A stretch of DNA of 62,808 nucleotides, the filler included, from Globobulimina sp. (Eukaryota), in assembly GCA_003354225.1 (NCBI GenBank). It is 15 parts of 15 records of this genome, joined end to end, with 100 filler letters (N's around TTAATTAATTAA, not from the genome) between each part and the next. Parts side by side here need not be neighbours in the genome. Positions count along the whole stretch, not along the records: positions 33,576 to 37,668 come from PIVH01001625.1; positions 37,769 to 41,861 come from PIVH01001626.1; positions 41,962 to 46,054 come from PIVH01001627.1; 12 more parts are not named here. One strand, 5' to 3'. The notes under the pieces are model-generated. The model was not told the DNA's origin. It saw only the letters and a list, made by a program, of their open reading frames with translations, and ran no database searches. The first letter of the stretch is position 1; each line of letters starts with the position of its first letter. The translations under genes and the position numbers were made by a program. Below, in pieces: positions 33,986-44,851 of this stretch.

Positions 33986-36772
33986 CTAATGGTTGGCAAA
34001 ATAATCATCGATTAGACTCTTAAAATTTTTGACATTAAATGCATTTACCACATTTAAAGGTAACTTATTCCATAACTCAACTACTCGGTTAGTAAAGAAA
34101 TATTTACGCACATTCAAATTACTATAGCTTGGATAAATTTTATAATTGTGGCCTCTTGTTCTTGTTTGCGCATTAAATGTAAAAAGTTGATCCGGTTGGA
34201 GGCAGGTATATCCATTTATAATTTTATATAGCTCAGTCAAATCAATTTTAATTCTTCTTTTCTCTAAAGAATCAATTTGTAAATGCTCCAGACGTTCTTC
34301 ATAAGGTAAATTTCGAAGCCCACGAATTGATTTGGTTACTCTTCTTTGAACTCTTTCAACAGATTGAACATCGCGGATCAGATAAGGATTCCATATCACA
34401 GTGGCATATTCAAGCAATGATCGTACAAGACTACGGTAAAGTGGCATAATGACAGAGGCATCTCTTGACACGAATGTTTTCTTAATTAGACCAAAAATTC
34501 TTTGTGCTTTTGACACTATATAGTTGACATGCTCAGCAACTTTCAAATTTTTTGAGACCATGATCCCTAGATCCCGTTCAACCTCGGTAATACGTAATTG
34601 ATGACCATTCAACAAGTATGGAATATTCGGATTATTGTGTCCACAATGCATGACAACACATTTTTCTAAATTGAATCGCAAAAGCCATAGATCGGACCAC
34701 ACAGCCAAAGCATCCAAATCTGTCTGCAACTCAAGTGGAAATTGACTGAATACTTTTGTGTCATCTGCATATAACTTGACATTAGAAATCAAATATGTTT
34801 CCAAATCATTCACATAGGCGAGGAAAAGTGATGACCCAAGTACAGACCCTTGTGGGACCCCTGATTTGACTCTCTGTGGAGAAGAGAAGACACCATTGAC
34901 CATCACCATTTGAAAACGGTCAGTTAGAAAACTTTCTATCCATTTGAGCAAATTGCCTCGAATTCCTAAACTTTCTAACTTCAACAATAGACGGGCATGG
35001 GGCACTGTATCAAAGGCTTTACGGAAATCCAAATAAACAATGTCTATATTTTCACCTTGATCAATTGAAGCCAATACTTGCTCCAAGAATTCGAGCATTT
35101 GAGTCGTACATGAACACCTAGGCCGAAAACCATGTTGATTACAATTAATCAATTGATGCATATCCCAAAATGGCCAAATGACATTTCGTACCACACTTTC
35201 CATAACTTTACAAGTTGAAACAGTCAGGGAGATAGGACGGAAATTAGTTGGATCCGTTACTTGACCTTTTTTGAAAATAGGAACCACATACGCCATTTTC
35301 CATTCCTTGGGTACTGTACCTCTGGTCATTAGGATTTGAAACAACATAGACAGTTTTTCAGCCAAAAAAATTCCACCTTGCTTCAAAACAGCATATGGCA
35401 AATTATCTGGACCAGGTGCAGAAAATGATGGTAACTTGGCAAAAACTTTCATAATGGCATCAGCAGAAAAAATAATATTGTCAATAGAATACTCAGTACG
35501 TACCGGTGGTTGTGGTAGATCTGTAGTATCTTCATTAACAAATACAGATGCAAAAAAATTTGACATAATTTCAGCACACCCAGCATCAGTAGACACCAAA
35601 TTTCCATCTGAGTCTTTCAATACTGTAATTTTAGGTCGGTTTTTTCTCTTCATTGACACATATTTCCAAAACGGTTTTTTGCCTTGAAAAATTCCATTAG
35701 CTAAACCTTGCTCAAAATTGGACACCAAAAGCCTTGTTCGATTTCGTAACAAATTTTCCACATTTCGTAGCCTTAGGCGAAGTATTTCTGGTCTGCCTGC
35801 CCGCTTATAAGCTTTAAAAATATTAGATTTCTTCCTGGACAGTCGTCTGAGCTCCAAATCATTAAACCAAGGAAATTTATTAGATGGTGGCTTTACAATT
35901 CTTTTCGGAACAGCATTAGACAGGGCACAGTTAATATTATCTTGGAATGATCTCCAAATGTCATCAACAGAATTAAATGAAAATACTGTATCCCAATCCA
36001 GTAATAGCAAGCGTTCACGATACAGGGGCCAATCAGCCTTCCAAAAATTAAAAGTTGGAACAGGAACGGGCTTACTTGAGCTATCAACAGTGACTTGAAA
36101 GTCAACCACAAAATGGTCAGAAGAACCAAAATTCTCCTTAATATCAACAATTGAAAAAACATCAGTATCATCGGTAAAAATTAAATCCAGAGTATTACCA
36201 TTTTGATGAGTTGGCTCAATCACAATTTGGGACAGAAAATGATCTTGAATGATATTCATAAAAGTGTCTAAACGAGGCGGCCATGTTAAATTAGTCCAAT
36301 TAATGTCCGGTAAGTTAAAATCACCTAACAAAACAGTAATATCATTATGTCGACTCATTATCTCTTCGATTTGTTGGTTTAAAGAACGATCACTGTCCTG
36401 GTTGGCATCAGGAGGACGATAATAGCAGGCAAAACAAAAGGATGTTTTATCACATTTAATATCAAAAATAACTGATTCATTATAGTCAACTTTCGGGGAG
36501 TAAAAAATAGGATTTAACACAGAACGTATAAGTATCAATACACCACCTCCAGGTCGATTTTCTCTATCATTACGAAATGTTACATAACCAGGTAGATTAA
36601 AAACAATATCGTTTTTTCCCCAAGATTCTGTTATAAAAATTATGTCCGGGTCACGTTCAAAAACAAATAGTTCCAAACAATGCCACTTATTAACAATTGA
36701 CCGTGCGTTAAAAAGAAAACAATGGAGGTTAGTAAAAACAATGTTCCTAATAGGGATGGGGGCTTTCTTCAA
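33986..36772 (-). CDS. LINE ORF2: APE endonuclease plus reverse transcriptase
   Basis: EN motifs NARS, ITESW, GDFN, TLDLIF, SDH. RT motifs LDFRKAFD, GVPQGSVLG, YADD. CR1-type C-terminus RTRGH...RKYFFTNRVV..WN.LP. Confidence 0.95.
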   Translation of the reverse strand: MKKAPIPIRNIVFTNLHCFLFNARSIVNKWHCLELFVFERDPDIIFITESWGKNDIVFNLPGYVTFRNDRENRPGGGVLILIRSVLNPIFYSPKVDYNESVIFDIKCDKTSFCFACYYRPPDANQDSDRSLNQQIEEIMSRHNDITVLLGDFNLPDINWTNLTWPPRLDTFMNIIQDHFLSQIVIEPTHQNGNTLDLIFTDDTDVFSIVDIKENFGSSDHFVVDFQVTVDSSSKPVPVPTFNFWKADWPLYRERLLLLDWDTVFSFNSVDDIWRSFQDNINCALSNAVPKRIVKPPSNKFPWFNDLELRRLSRKKSNIFKAYKRAGRPEILRLRLRNVENLLRNRTRLLVSNFEQGLANGIFQGKKPFWKYVSMKRKNRPKITVLKDSDGNLVSTDAGCAEIMSNFFASVFVNEDTTDLPQPPVRTEYSIDNIIFSADAIMKVFAKLPSFSAPGPDNLPYAVLKQGGIFLAEKLSMLFQILMTRGTVPKEWKMAYVVPIFKKGQVTDPTNFRPISLTVSTCKVMESVVRNVIWPFWDMHQLINCNQHGFRPRCSCTTQMLEFLEQVLASIDQGENIDIVYLDFRKAFDTVPHARLLLKLESLGIRGNLLKWIESFLTDRFQMVMVNGVFSSPQRVKSGVPQGSVLGSSLFLAYVNDLETYLISNVKLYADDTKVFSQFPLELQTDLDALAVWSDLWLLRFNLEKCVVMHCGHNNPNIPYLLNGHQLRITEVERDLGIMVSKNLKVAEHVNYIVSKAQRIFGLIKKTFVSRDASVIMPLYRSLVRSLLEYATVIWNPYLIRDVQSVERVQRRVTKSIRGLRNLPYEERLEHLQIDSLEKRRIKIDLTELYKIINGYTCLQPDQLFTFNAQTRTRGHNYKIYPSYSNLNVRKYFFTNRVVELWNKLPLNVVNAFNVKNFKSLIDDYFANH

Positions 36773-37584
36773 AAACGTTTCTTCTTCCCTAGAACGACCT
36801 TCTTGGTCTTCCAGTCAATGTAGCATTCTTCATCATTTTCCTGACGCTCTTTGCATTCGATTATTAAGCTCTTACGCACTTCGCGCTGATAGGGGGTAAG
36901 ATCAGAAACCATGTTAGGAGTATTTTGGGACCGCCTACGCCCCATAGAATCCATTTTCTTCAAAAAATCAACCTTTTTATCAAATGTTAAAATACGAATT
37001 TTAATCGGTCGCAATTTATCTGATTTTTGTCCTAGACGAGTGCATTTTTCGAAATCAGCATCATGTACTTGCAAATGCTCAAAAATGTTCTTGACTGCCC
37101 CTTCATCTTCCATTTGACGTTCTTTACCTTCAGTTACTTCGGATTCTTTTACATCATAAATTATCAAGTTATTCCTCCTAATGTCTTGCTCTCGCATTTC
37201 GTCCACAGTTTCGATGATAACTGCTTTTTGTTGAGCCGATTGGCGTCGAACCTCTTCCTCCAAATCTTCGATTTTCTTTTCCATGCGTAAATTTGCTTCT
37301 TTGAGTTCTTTGACAACGGGATGCTCCAAAATTCCATATTTAGCACAGTTTTGTCCACAAACAAAAGTATTGAACATAAACGAGGGAAGGACACAGCGAT
37401 CCCCCTCAAATAAAAATTCAGGGGCACATTCTGGAGTAGGATGGAAGCGACGTAAGCAAAACATACATTTAAATCCAGTTCCCTCATTTATATTAATTTT
37501 GCACGAAACGCATTTCTCTCCATCATTTGACATAATTGGTGATGAGTCCAGATGACGTTGACGTTTTGGATTAGGAGGATACAT
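36769..37584 (-). CDS. LINE ORF1: PHD-like finger, coiled coil, RRM-like domain
   Basis: CxxC...CxxC...H...C...CxxxC, heptad region, RRNNLIIY...RLG...RPIKI...DLTP.QR. Confidence 0.85.
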   Translation of the reverse strand: MYPPNPKRQRHLDSSPIMSNDGEKCVSCKININEGTGFKCMFCLRRFHPTPECAPEFLFEGDRCVLPSFMFNTFVCGQNCAKYGILEHPVVKELKEANLRMEKKIEDLEEEVRRQSAQQKAVIIETVDEMREQDIRRNNLIIYDVKESEVTEGKERQMEDEGAVKNIFEHLQVHDADFEKCTRLGQKSDKLRPIKIRILTFDKKVDFLKKMDSMGRRRSQNTPNMVSDLTPYQREVRKSLIIECKERQENDEECYIDWKTKKVVLGKKKRF

Positions 37585-37990
37585 CAGTCAAAAGAAAGAA
37601 ATATATTAACAAGAAGAAAAAGACAGGAATATTATTATTATTTTCTGTACATACGCATGCAGTTTAATNNNNNNNNNNNNNNNNNNNNNNNNNNNNNNNN
37701 NNNNNNNNNNNNTTAATTAATTAANNNNNNNNNNNNNNNNNNNNNNNNNNNNNNNNNNNNNNNNNNNNTATATATTTGACTTTTTAGGCTTAAACTTCTA
37801 AACACTTCTTTTGTGATTGGCAAGGTTTTTGGGTTAATTCAACCAAATAGGTACATCTTATCCGGAACACCGGGTACTACTTTTTTCAAAAAAAAATTAA
37901 AAAAAAATATTTTTTCAAAATATTTTTTAATGCAAACTGTAAATTTGAAAGGCTAGTTAATTATATACATATTAATAATTATACAAATAT

Positions 37991-40798
37991 TTATTTTTTA
38001 ATCTGAGCAATAACAGTGTTTGCAGATAAAATCTCGTCATTATTAATATAAACAACATTGCCTTTAACATGAGAATGTAACGCTGTTTCCATTTTCATGG
38101 CAGAAATTGTTGCAATTTGATCACCAATGTTTACTTTATCACCAATTGAAACATGTACTTTTACCAATTTACCAGGTAAAAATGAATAAATGTGTTCAAC
38201 ATTTGCATCTTCCTTAGAATCATCAACCACATCCGGCATAAATGTATAATCAAATGAGACATAATCTATATTTTCTGGATTAAATATAATATTATTTACT
38301 GTATATTGGTTACCATTTACATCAAATCGAAGATCATATTTATTTTCACTTTGTTTGAGAATATCATCCAATTTAATTCTATATGCCTTGTTATACACTG
38401 TCAGATTAAACTCATTCCCTTCAATTTTATTTAATGGCTTAATAAAATTCTCTCTGTCAATAATAATATCTTTTTCTTTATCTGCAATATAAACAAACAT
38501 TGATATACCATATTTTGCACCATTTACAATCATTTGTGCTTGAAACCATAATATATTTTCATAAATTATCTCATTTAATGCAATCTCATCTTGTTTTAAT
38601 ATCAATTGGCATTTCCTCTGATTCTCTTTAAAATGATTCACTTCATTCTTTATTCCTTCCTCTTGAATAAATTTATTATATTCATTTAAATTAAATTGAC
38701 ACTCTGAAACATCAAATGTTAATAAACCTTTTTCATTCTCTTTTCTTTGGAGAATCAATTCTTTGGCAGTGACCGGATAAAATCGTATTTGATCGAACAT
38801 ATTTAAAAGCCACGGTTTCTGATTTTTGTCCATTTTATTAAATATTTGTAATGTTCTACCAATCAGTTGATAGCCGCCGGGCGATTCCATTGGATAAATA
38901 CACATAAATTTGCCACCAATACCAACTGCACCTTCTGGCGTATAATTCCGTGATGGATTATATTTTGGGACATTTAATCGTTGTCGCGGATCAATGGAAA
39001 TTGCGCACGGCGCTCCTAAATAAACATCACCTAAACCCAAGACAAGGAATGTCATATTATACAGTAATGATTCTAACTCATCTAAGCCGCCATGCAAACC
39101 ATTATTTTGACAAACAAATTGTGTATTTGATGGTAAATATGCAGCGGAACCACGTACTTCATTCATATATCTTTGTATTGCCAAATGAGTCCATTCATCA
39201 TTAAATACAAAAGGTAAATGAAATAGTTTGGCCTTCAAACTAATTTCAGACTTATTTAAATCCATAGCATCACATAAATAATTCTTTTCAATATCAATCA
39301 ACATATTCAATAAATATTGCAATGATATTTCAAATGTGTCATATTCAATTAATAATGTTTTAACCCCGGGAATTGTATCAATTATACCATTTAAACTATG
39401 CTTTTTACACAAATTAACTATATATTCCTCTAATTTATGCACTCTGACTCGTAAATTTAAATCAATCGCATCTTCTCCATAATCTATCAATAAATATCGA
39501 TCACCGCCTAATCTGTATTGTACTCTTGGTTGATTTATTAATTTATTCTCTTCAATGCAATATAAAACTACTTCTAACCGTTTCTCGTTATACGCAGTGT
39601 ATTCATGTAACATTCTCTCGGCATCCAACATATTCTCATTATTCTCTCCAAACTCGATTTTATTTTCCATGCATTGTTTATCGACAATGACACTTTTTAA
39701 ATCCAATAATTTAAATCTTACCTTATCACTGGGTTTCAATTGACCAACTTTCCATAATTCTATTATCATATCATATTTGTATACAATATATTAAATAAAA
39801 CATGTACAGTACATACAAAACCAACCTGTGGATGGAATAGTAATTGGACATACAAAGCCGCCCAAAGATGGACCATCTACAGTTAAAATAACAGGATAAT
39901 CACCAGTAAAATTAACAGATCCAATAGGATAAGCATTATCAATCAAATTACTTGGATGCGACCCACCTTCACCACCATCCTTCCGCGCCCATGCAAATTT
40001 GTTACCATTTATTGGATTTAATCTTATACCAAGACGGGAGGCATTATGACTGACTTCATATTCTGTGTCGTAGATAAGTTTGACATCCTCTTCAGTTAAG
40101 TAATCAGGACTTGACTGAGGCCCGGCTAACACCCCTAACTCCCATACAATCTGATTTTCAGTTGACTCTTTGAAAAGTGTTTCTATATAGTCAGTATTTG
40201 TTATATCATCAAAAAAAGTGTTTTGTTGTATACATATATTAGGATAATTATAATCCGGATTGTATTGCAAAATATCATTTTCTTTTATTACTGAGCCATC
40301 GTTGTTTGGTCCACCAATTTTACCCATTGGGAATGATGTTTTTGAGCCTAAATAATCCCTCACAACAAAGCCTCCATTTGCAACACATAAATATGTGCGA
40401 CATCCAGGTGACGTGTTTGTGATATTTGTATCATTCAAATCTAATATATCACCAATACATATTTCAATTGGTTTGTACCATTCATTTGTTATATCACGAT
40501 TGTTTATATTTGCATTTTTGATTTTTGCTCCCGTCAATGTGATTTGTGTATTATCGTCAAATTGTAATGTTGGCCCTTTATATGTGATTTCTAATCCAGC
40601 TGCATTTTGCGCATTATTAAGGATTTTGTTGCCAATTCTAAATGAATAATCATCCATTGGCCCGGACGGTGGAATGCCTACTCTCCAATAACCAATACGG
40701 CCTGGATATGATACAATTAATGAGTGTAATCCTGGCGATAACACATGTACTTTGCAACTAATGGGTGCAATCTTGGAGATAACACTTCTAGATCTCAT
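37991..40798 (-). CDS. Urea carboxylase carboxyltransferase domains plus biotin carrier, no biotin carboxylase (2 exons)
   Basis: GIPPSGPMD, HPSN..D.AY..GSVNFTGD, DGPSLGGF, 66-nt intron at 39760-39825, GLGDVYLG, PKYNP, ESPGGYQLIGRT, biotinylation motif AMKME. Confidence 0.88.
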
Positions 40799-40839
40799 GG
40801 TGAAGAAAAAAACTTTAATTTGTCAATTCTGTTACAACT

Positions 40840-41861
40840 TCAGTTAGAGTTAGTATCGATACTTTTTTTGTAGTTTTCCCAATTTCCAAATTGCGTAATA
40901 TTTGGTGTATTATGATTTATAGCATATGGTTCCATTAAAAATCCTTTACATTTTGTATTATCATTTAGATATATTGTACCAATGCACAATGGATCATTTA
41001 CACATTTTGCAATAAAATCTGAATAATTTGTTTTATTTTGGAAACACCAAATTTCCATATCAATCTCAATATTTTTATCATTTTCTTGTTTAACCAAACC
41101 AGGTTTTTTATTATTATCAATTGAATACATTTCATACAAATTTTTTTCACTTTTTACGCGTTTAAATAATTTTGCACCACGTTCAACAAATTGATAATTT
41201 AATTCAAATCCACTTAAATGCGCACCACAAACACATATTTTATACGGTGAAGTTGTGTCTGTAAATTCAATTTCTTCCTCATTAATCATTGCAGCGTATA
41301 GCATTACATTTAAATCATTCATATTTTCTCCAATTAAGGTGCAACCAAAGGGTCTCTCGCCATCATTACCTTTAATAATATGAATAGGCATAGCAACAGC
41401 ACACAAATCCAATAAGTTGACAAAATTTGTATATAATCCAAGATTTGAGTTCAATTCGATTGGATTTGCTATCACTTGCTCGATATTATAAGTTGTTGGT
41501 ATTGATGGAACACATAAAAAATCTAAATCCAATTTATTCCACATACAGCTCTCAATTTCTTTACGCATTTCTTCCAATTTATAGAAAGAATCAAAGCATT
41601 GTTTTGCAGTTAATTCACTTGCACTGCTTATTATATTTCGTACAGTTTCATTTAAGCCATTCATATTATTACATATTGCATCATTAGCAATAAATGGTAA
41701 CGCACATAATCTCTCTGCGAGCCATGGACCATTATATAATAAATTGGCAACTTCAAAAAAAGGCTCAAAATCAATTTCAATACATTCACTCTCTGGATAT
41801 GTATCCAATATTTTACCGATTGTGTTTCGGAAACAATTAAAATATTCACAATCACGCATAA
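40840..41861 (-). CDS. Allophanate hydrolase (amidase C-part plus C-terminal domain), 5'-truncated
   Basis: LLYNGPWLAER, NSNLGLYTNFVNLLDLCAVA, PFGCTL, VCGAHLSGFELN, PLCIGTI, ITQFGNW. Confidence 0.88.
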
Positions 41862-42246
41862 NNNNNNNNNNNNNNNNNNNNNNNNNNNNNNNNNNNNNNN
41901 NNNNNTTAATTAATTAANNNNNNNNNNNNNNNNNNNNNNNNNNNNNNNNNNNNNNNNNNNNACGTTTTATAATGTCCAGTTGAGGATTATTTAACATACT
42001 TTGCCTCACTAAACGCAGTACGTATATTGCTCACCAGGTTATGTATTAAATAATGCAATTCATGAAGGTAGATGAACTAAATGTTTTTATAATAGAATTC
42101 TTATATACAGCAAGGGTATGATTCACGTACTACACTTGATCGATTCCTACAGTTTGTTGATTGTGTGCCAGCAAATGGTTTTATTCGCACTTAGTCGCTG
42201 GAAGCTGTAATTTATACTTATACTTTTGCTGTATTTTAGTTTGTGT

Positions 42247-44769
42247 CTATTCCGTAACTGATACAGAAACATTTTGCCAATTTGCATTCTTTTGAGAAAC
42301 TCTTTGTAAATATTTCAAAACATAAAATATATTTTCCAATCTATCAAATTCAATGCAATCTTCAATATATATATTTAGTAATACTTGATGTGATTTATTT
42401 GGTTCGTTATTATGTTTGAACCATTCTATTAATCCATCTCTATGTTCCTCAAATGCTTCCTCTCCGAACAATGCTCCGTCATTATAATCATCATCAACTC
42501 CGACTTTTTCCTTTTTATTCATATTTGTATTTTTGTTACTTTTATGCGAACCAATCACATTCAATTTTTTCTGTTTTTTGTCTCTATTCCAATTGACTTT
42601 GCGTCGTTTATTTACAACTTTTTTTTTAATTTTCTCACTCACAACAATTGTTTTACTAAATTTCGATCTTAATTTTGTTATCACATTCTTATTATTTTTA
42701 TTATTCCGCATTAATAACTGATGTTTGTATGCTTTGGATAATTCAATCTGAATATCCCTCGGCAACGACTCCAAAACATTTGCATCAATTTGAGAAAAAG
42801 CAGGCAAAATATTATTATTTGCATTTCTATTCTTTTCCTTCCTCTTTTGTTCAAACATTGACTGAATGGACTTGTGCTTATTCGAATTCTGTGCATTGCA
42901 TCGATTATAATTTAATTTGGTTAAATGAATGCCGACTGCCCTCACAATGCGATGATCGACATTCAATTCATGGATTAGCATATTCCAACACGCCTTACTT
43001 ATCATTCTAGGATCATTTGTTCCAACATTCAATGTCATTGATCGCGTCACATTGTTACACCAGCCATGTCCCAGAAATTTATGCGCCTCTTCGTTGGCAT
43101 CGGGATGTTTCGTTTTTACTCTGATTTGAATCTGTTTTCCTTTCAAATTCACATTTATTTTCTTCATTCTTTTGCTAACTTCGACAGACAAATCATTCAC
43201 AAATTTATGTAATTGCGGCATTGCTCGGAAGCGGACTCCCCATCCAATCTCAACTCCGATGGACTTCCTTTCTTTTATGAGCTCAATCTGTCGCTCATCG
43301 ATTCCATTCAAATAATTATGGATATTTAACCCTATTTTTTTACCAAACTCACTTTGTAGATTGCTCAATTTGTTCCATTTCTTGTCTTGCCGCAAATCTC
43401 TGCATTTATAAATATTGAATTCCTCATTGAATTTGCGTTGTAACTTCCCGCCGATTCCCGGCAATGTATTAATATCCATGTCATCCATAATGGCTTTGTA
43501 TGCGGTTTGGTCTTCATTCATATTCAAATAATAAGTACCATTTGGTTTTGCTTTTTTTGTCGCCATTTGAGACAATAAGATATTGCAACTGATACCAGCC
43601 GAGGATGGGCATTGAGTGCAGACAAATATTTCCTTTCTCATTGAATTTGCAATATCGACAATACTTAAATTACCACGCAATTCCGATGGGAATTCAATAA
43701 ATGCTTCGTCGATGGATTTGTATTGCACCATATTGGAATATGTGAAAAATATTTCATACATTTTCTTTGAAATTGCGACATAATCATCGAATTTATAGGG
43801 CAATACAACCAAATCCGGACATAATGTCAATGCCTTTCCTAATAACATTGAGGCACAAACACCATATTTGCGAGCCACATAATTTGCAGATGATATCTCC
43901 GCTGTTGATTGCGATTTATTTTTGTTTTTGTTTTTATTATGATTTGGTTGGGAATGACAAACAACACATGCTTTATCTGATAATTGTGGCTCATTTCGGA
44001 CTGCAACCGATACGAAATAACAATCCATATCGAGATGAATAATATTTCTCTGTATCTCTCTGTTTCTGTGTTCTTTTTTGTATTTAATTGTATCATATTT
44101 GGGTTTAATTGCTTGTAATTCTGGCAATATCCCTTCGTAAATCTGTTTAAATGAACCAATAAAATGCAAACGCGACGATTTAAAAAAGTTTTCCACAAAG
44201 TTTGGATCGGTCAAAGTCGATCTACTCCCAAATATTTTCAATAAATCGGATTGTTCTGGTTTTTGCTGTTTATTATTTGTGTTGGAATGAGTCTGATAAT
44301 TTGTAATTGAATTTTTATTCATTTTATTTGAAAAATGTGGCAATGGGAAATTACTGGGATTTAATAATTTATTCGCTTCGATTGATTTTAGTATCCATTG
44401 CGGTGTCGATACGATGAGGTTTGAATTTTTATGGAGTTGTTTTAATTTGGCCATTGGTAAATTGTCAGCAATCATTGCCGAGGTATTTGGTGTCAGCGTA
44501 TTAACTGCGATGCCACCATGGCATACAATCAATTGTTTCAATTCGGACAATGGCGGATCTGTTCTGCCATTGACCCAAATAACATGCTTTTCAAATATAT
44601 TTGATTTAATATCAACATTTGCACGAAATTGATGGATTAATTTGCGTCTTTTATTCCCGATATAACTTTCCCAGTTTCCATCATGATGTTCATACTCTGT
44701 TTCATTGTCATTGTCATTGTCCAGCTGACAGAAACTACGCTTTCTATTCGGTTTAAGTTTAGGCTCCAT
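42247..44769 (-). CDS. REV1: DNA repair protein REV1 (Y-family deoxycytidyl transferase)
   Basis: N-terminal BRCT (WILKSI), SRLH, HLDMDCYFVSV, SIDEA, little finger, UBM (SQID..VL..LP.DI), CTD. Homology continues past the TAG to 42181. Confidence 0.93.
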   Translation of the reverse strand: MEPKLKPNRKRSFCQLDNDNDNETEYEHHDGNWESYIGNKRRKLIHQFRANVDIKSNIFEKHVIWVNGRTDPPLSELKQLIVCHGGIAVNTLTPNTSAMIADNLPMAKLKQLHKNSNLIVSTPQWILKSIEANKLLNPSNFPLPHFSNKMNKNSITNYQTHSNTNNKQQKPEQSDLLKIFGSRSTLTDPNFVENFFKSSRLHFIGSFKQIYEGILPELQAIKPKYDTIKYKKEHRNREIQRNIIHLDMDCYFVSVAVRNEPQLSDKACVVCHSQPNHNKNKNKNKSQSTAEISSANYVARKYGVCASMLLGKALTLCPDLVVLPYKFDDYVAISKKMYEIFFTYSNMVQYKSIDEAFIEFPSELRGNLSIVDIANSMRKEIFVCTQCPSSAGISCNILLSQMATKKAKPNGTYYLNMNEDQTAYKAIMDDMDINTLPGIGGKLQRKFNEEFNIYKCRDLRQDKKWNKLSNLQSEFGKKIGLNIHNYLNGIDERQIELIKERKSIGVEIGWGVRFRAMPQLHKFVNDLSVEVSKRMKKINVNLKGKQIQIRVKTKHPDANEEAHKFLGHGWCNNVTRSMTLNVGTNDPRMISKACWNMLIHELNVDHRIVRAVGIHLTKLNYNRCNAQNSNKHKSIQSMFEQKRKEKNRNANNNILPAFSQIDANVLESLPRDIQIELSKAYKHQLLMRNNKNNKNVITKLRSKFSKTIVVSEKIKKKVVNKRRKVNWNRDKKQKKLNVIGSHKSNKNTNMNKKEKVGVDDDYNDGALFGEEAFEEHRDGLIEWFKHNNEPNKSHQVLLNIYIEDCIEFDRLENIFYVLKYLQRVSQKNANWQNVSVSVTE

Positions 44770-44851
44770 TGTTTGTTTGTATTTAATTTAATTATTAAGG
44801 TTTTGGCTGACAACATACTCAAATATTTAAACAGAACATCGAGATTCCAGC

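Larger units (their letters stand above)
33853..37645 (-). mobile_element. Full-length non-LTR retrotransposon, CR1 group
   Basis: Intact ORF1 and ORF2, short 3' UTR ending AATAAA plus (AAAC)n. Candidate 7-bp TSD TGTACAT at 33842-33848 and 37646-37652. Confidence 0.9.

Noticed and set aside
37991-41861. Bacterial urea carboxylase operon from a contaminant
   Set aside because: A GT-AG intron at 39760-39825 is needed to restore the CT domain, and composition matches the eukaryotic contigs.
17382-42249. Genome-wide TAA/TAG reassignment (ciliate-type code) to explain the internal stops
   Set aside because: Many genes here end at TAA (USP, SMC6, P450) or TAG (26629, 31364) followed by clear UTR-like sequence, and long ORFs have no internal TAR. 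Only two isolated cases were seen.
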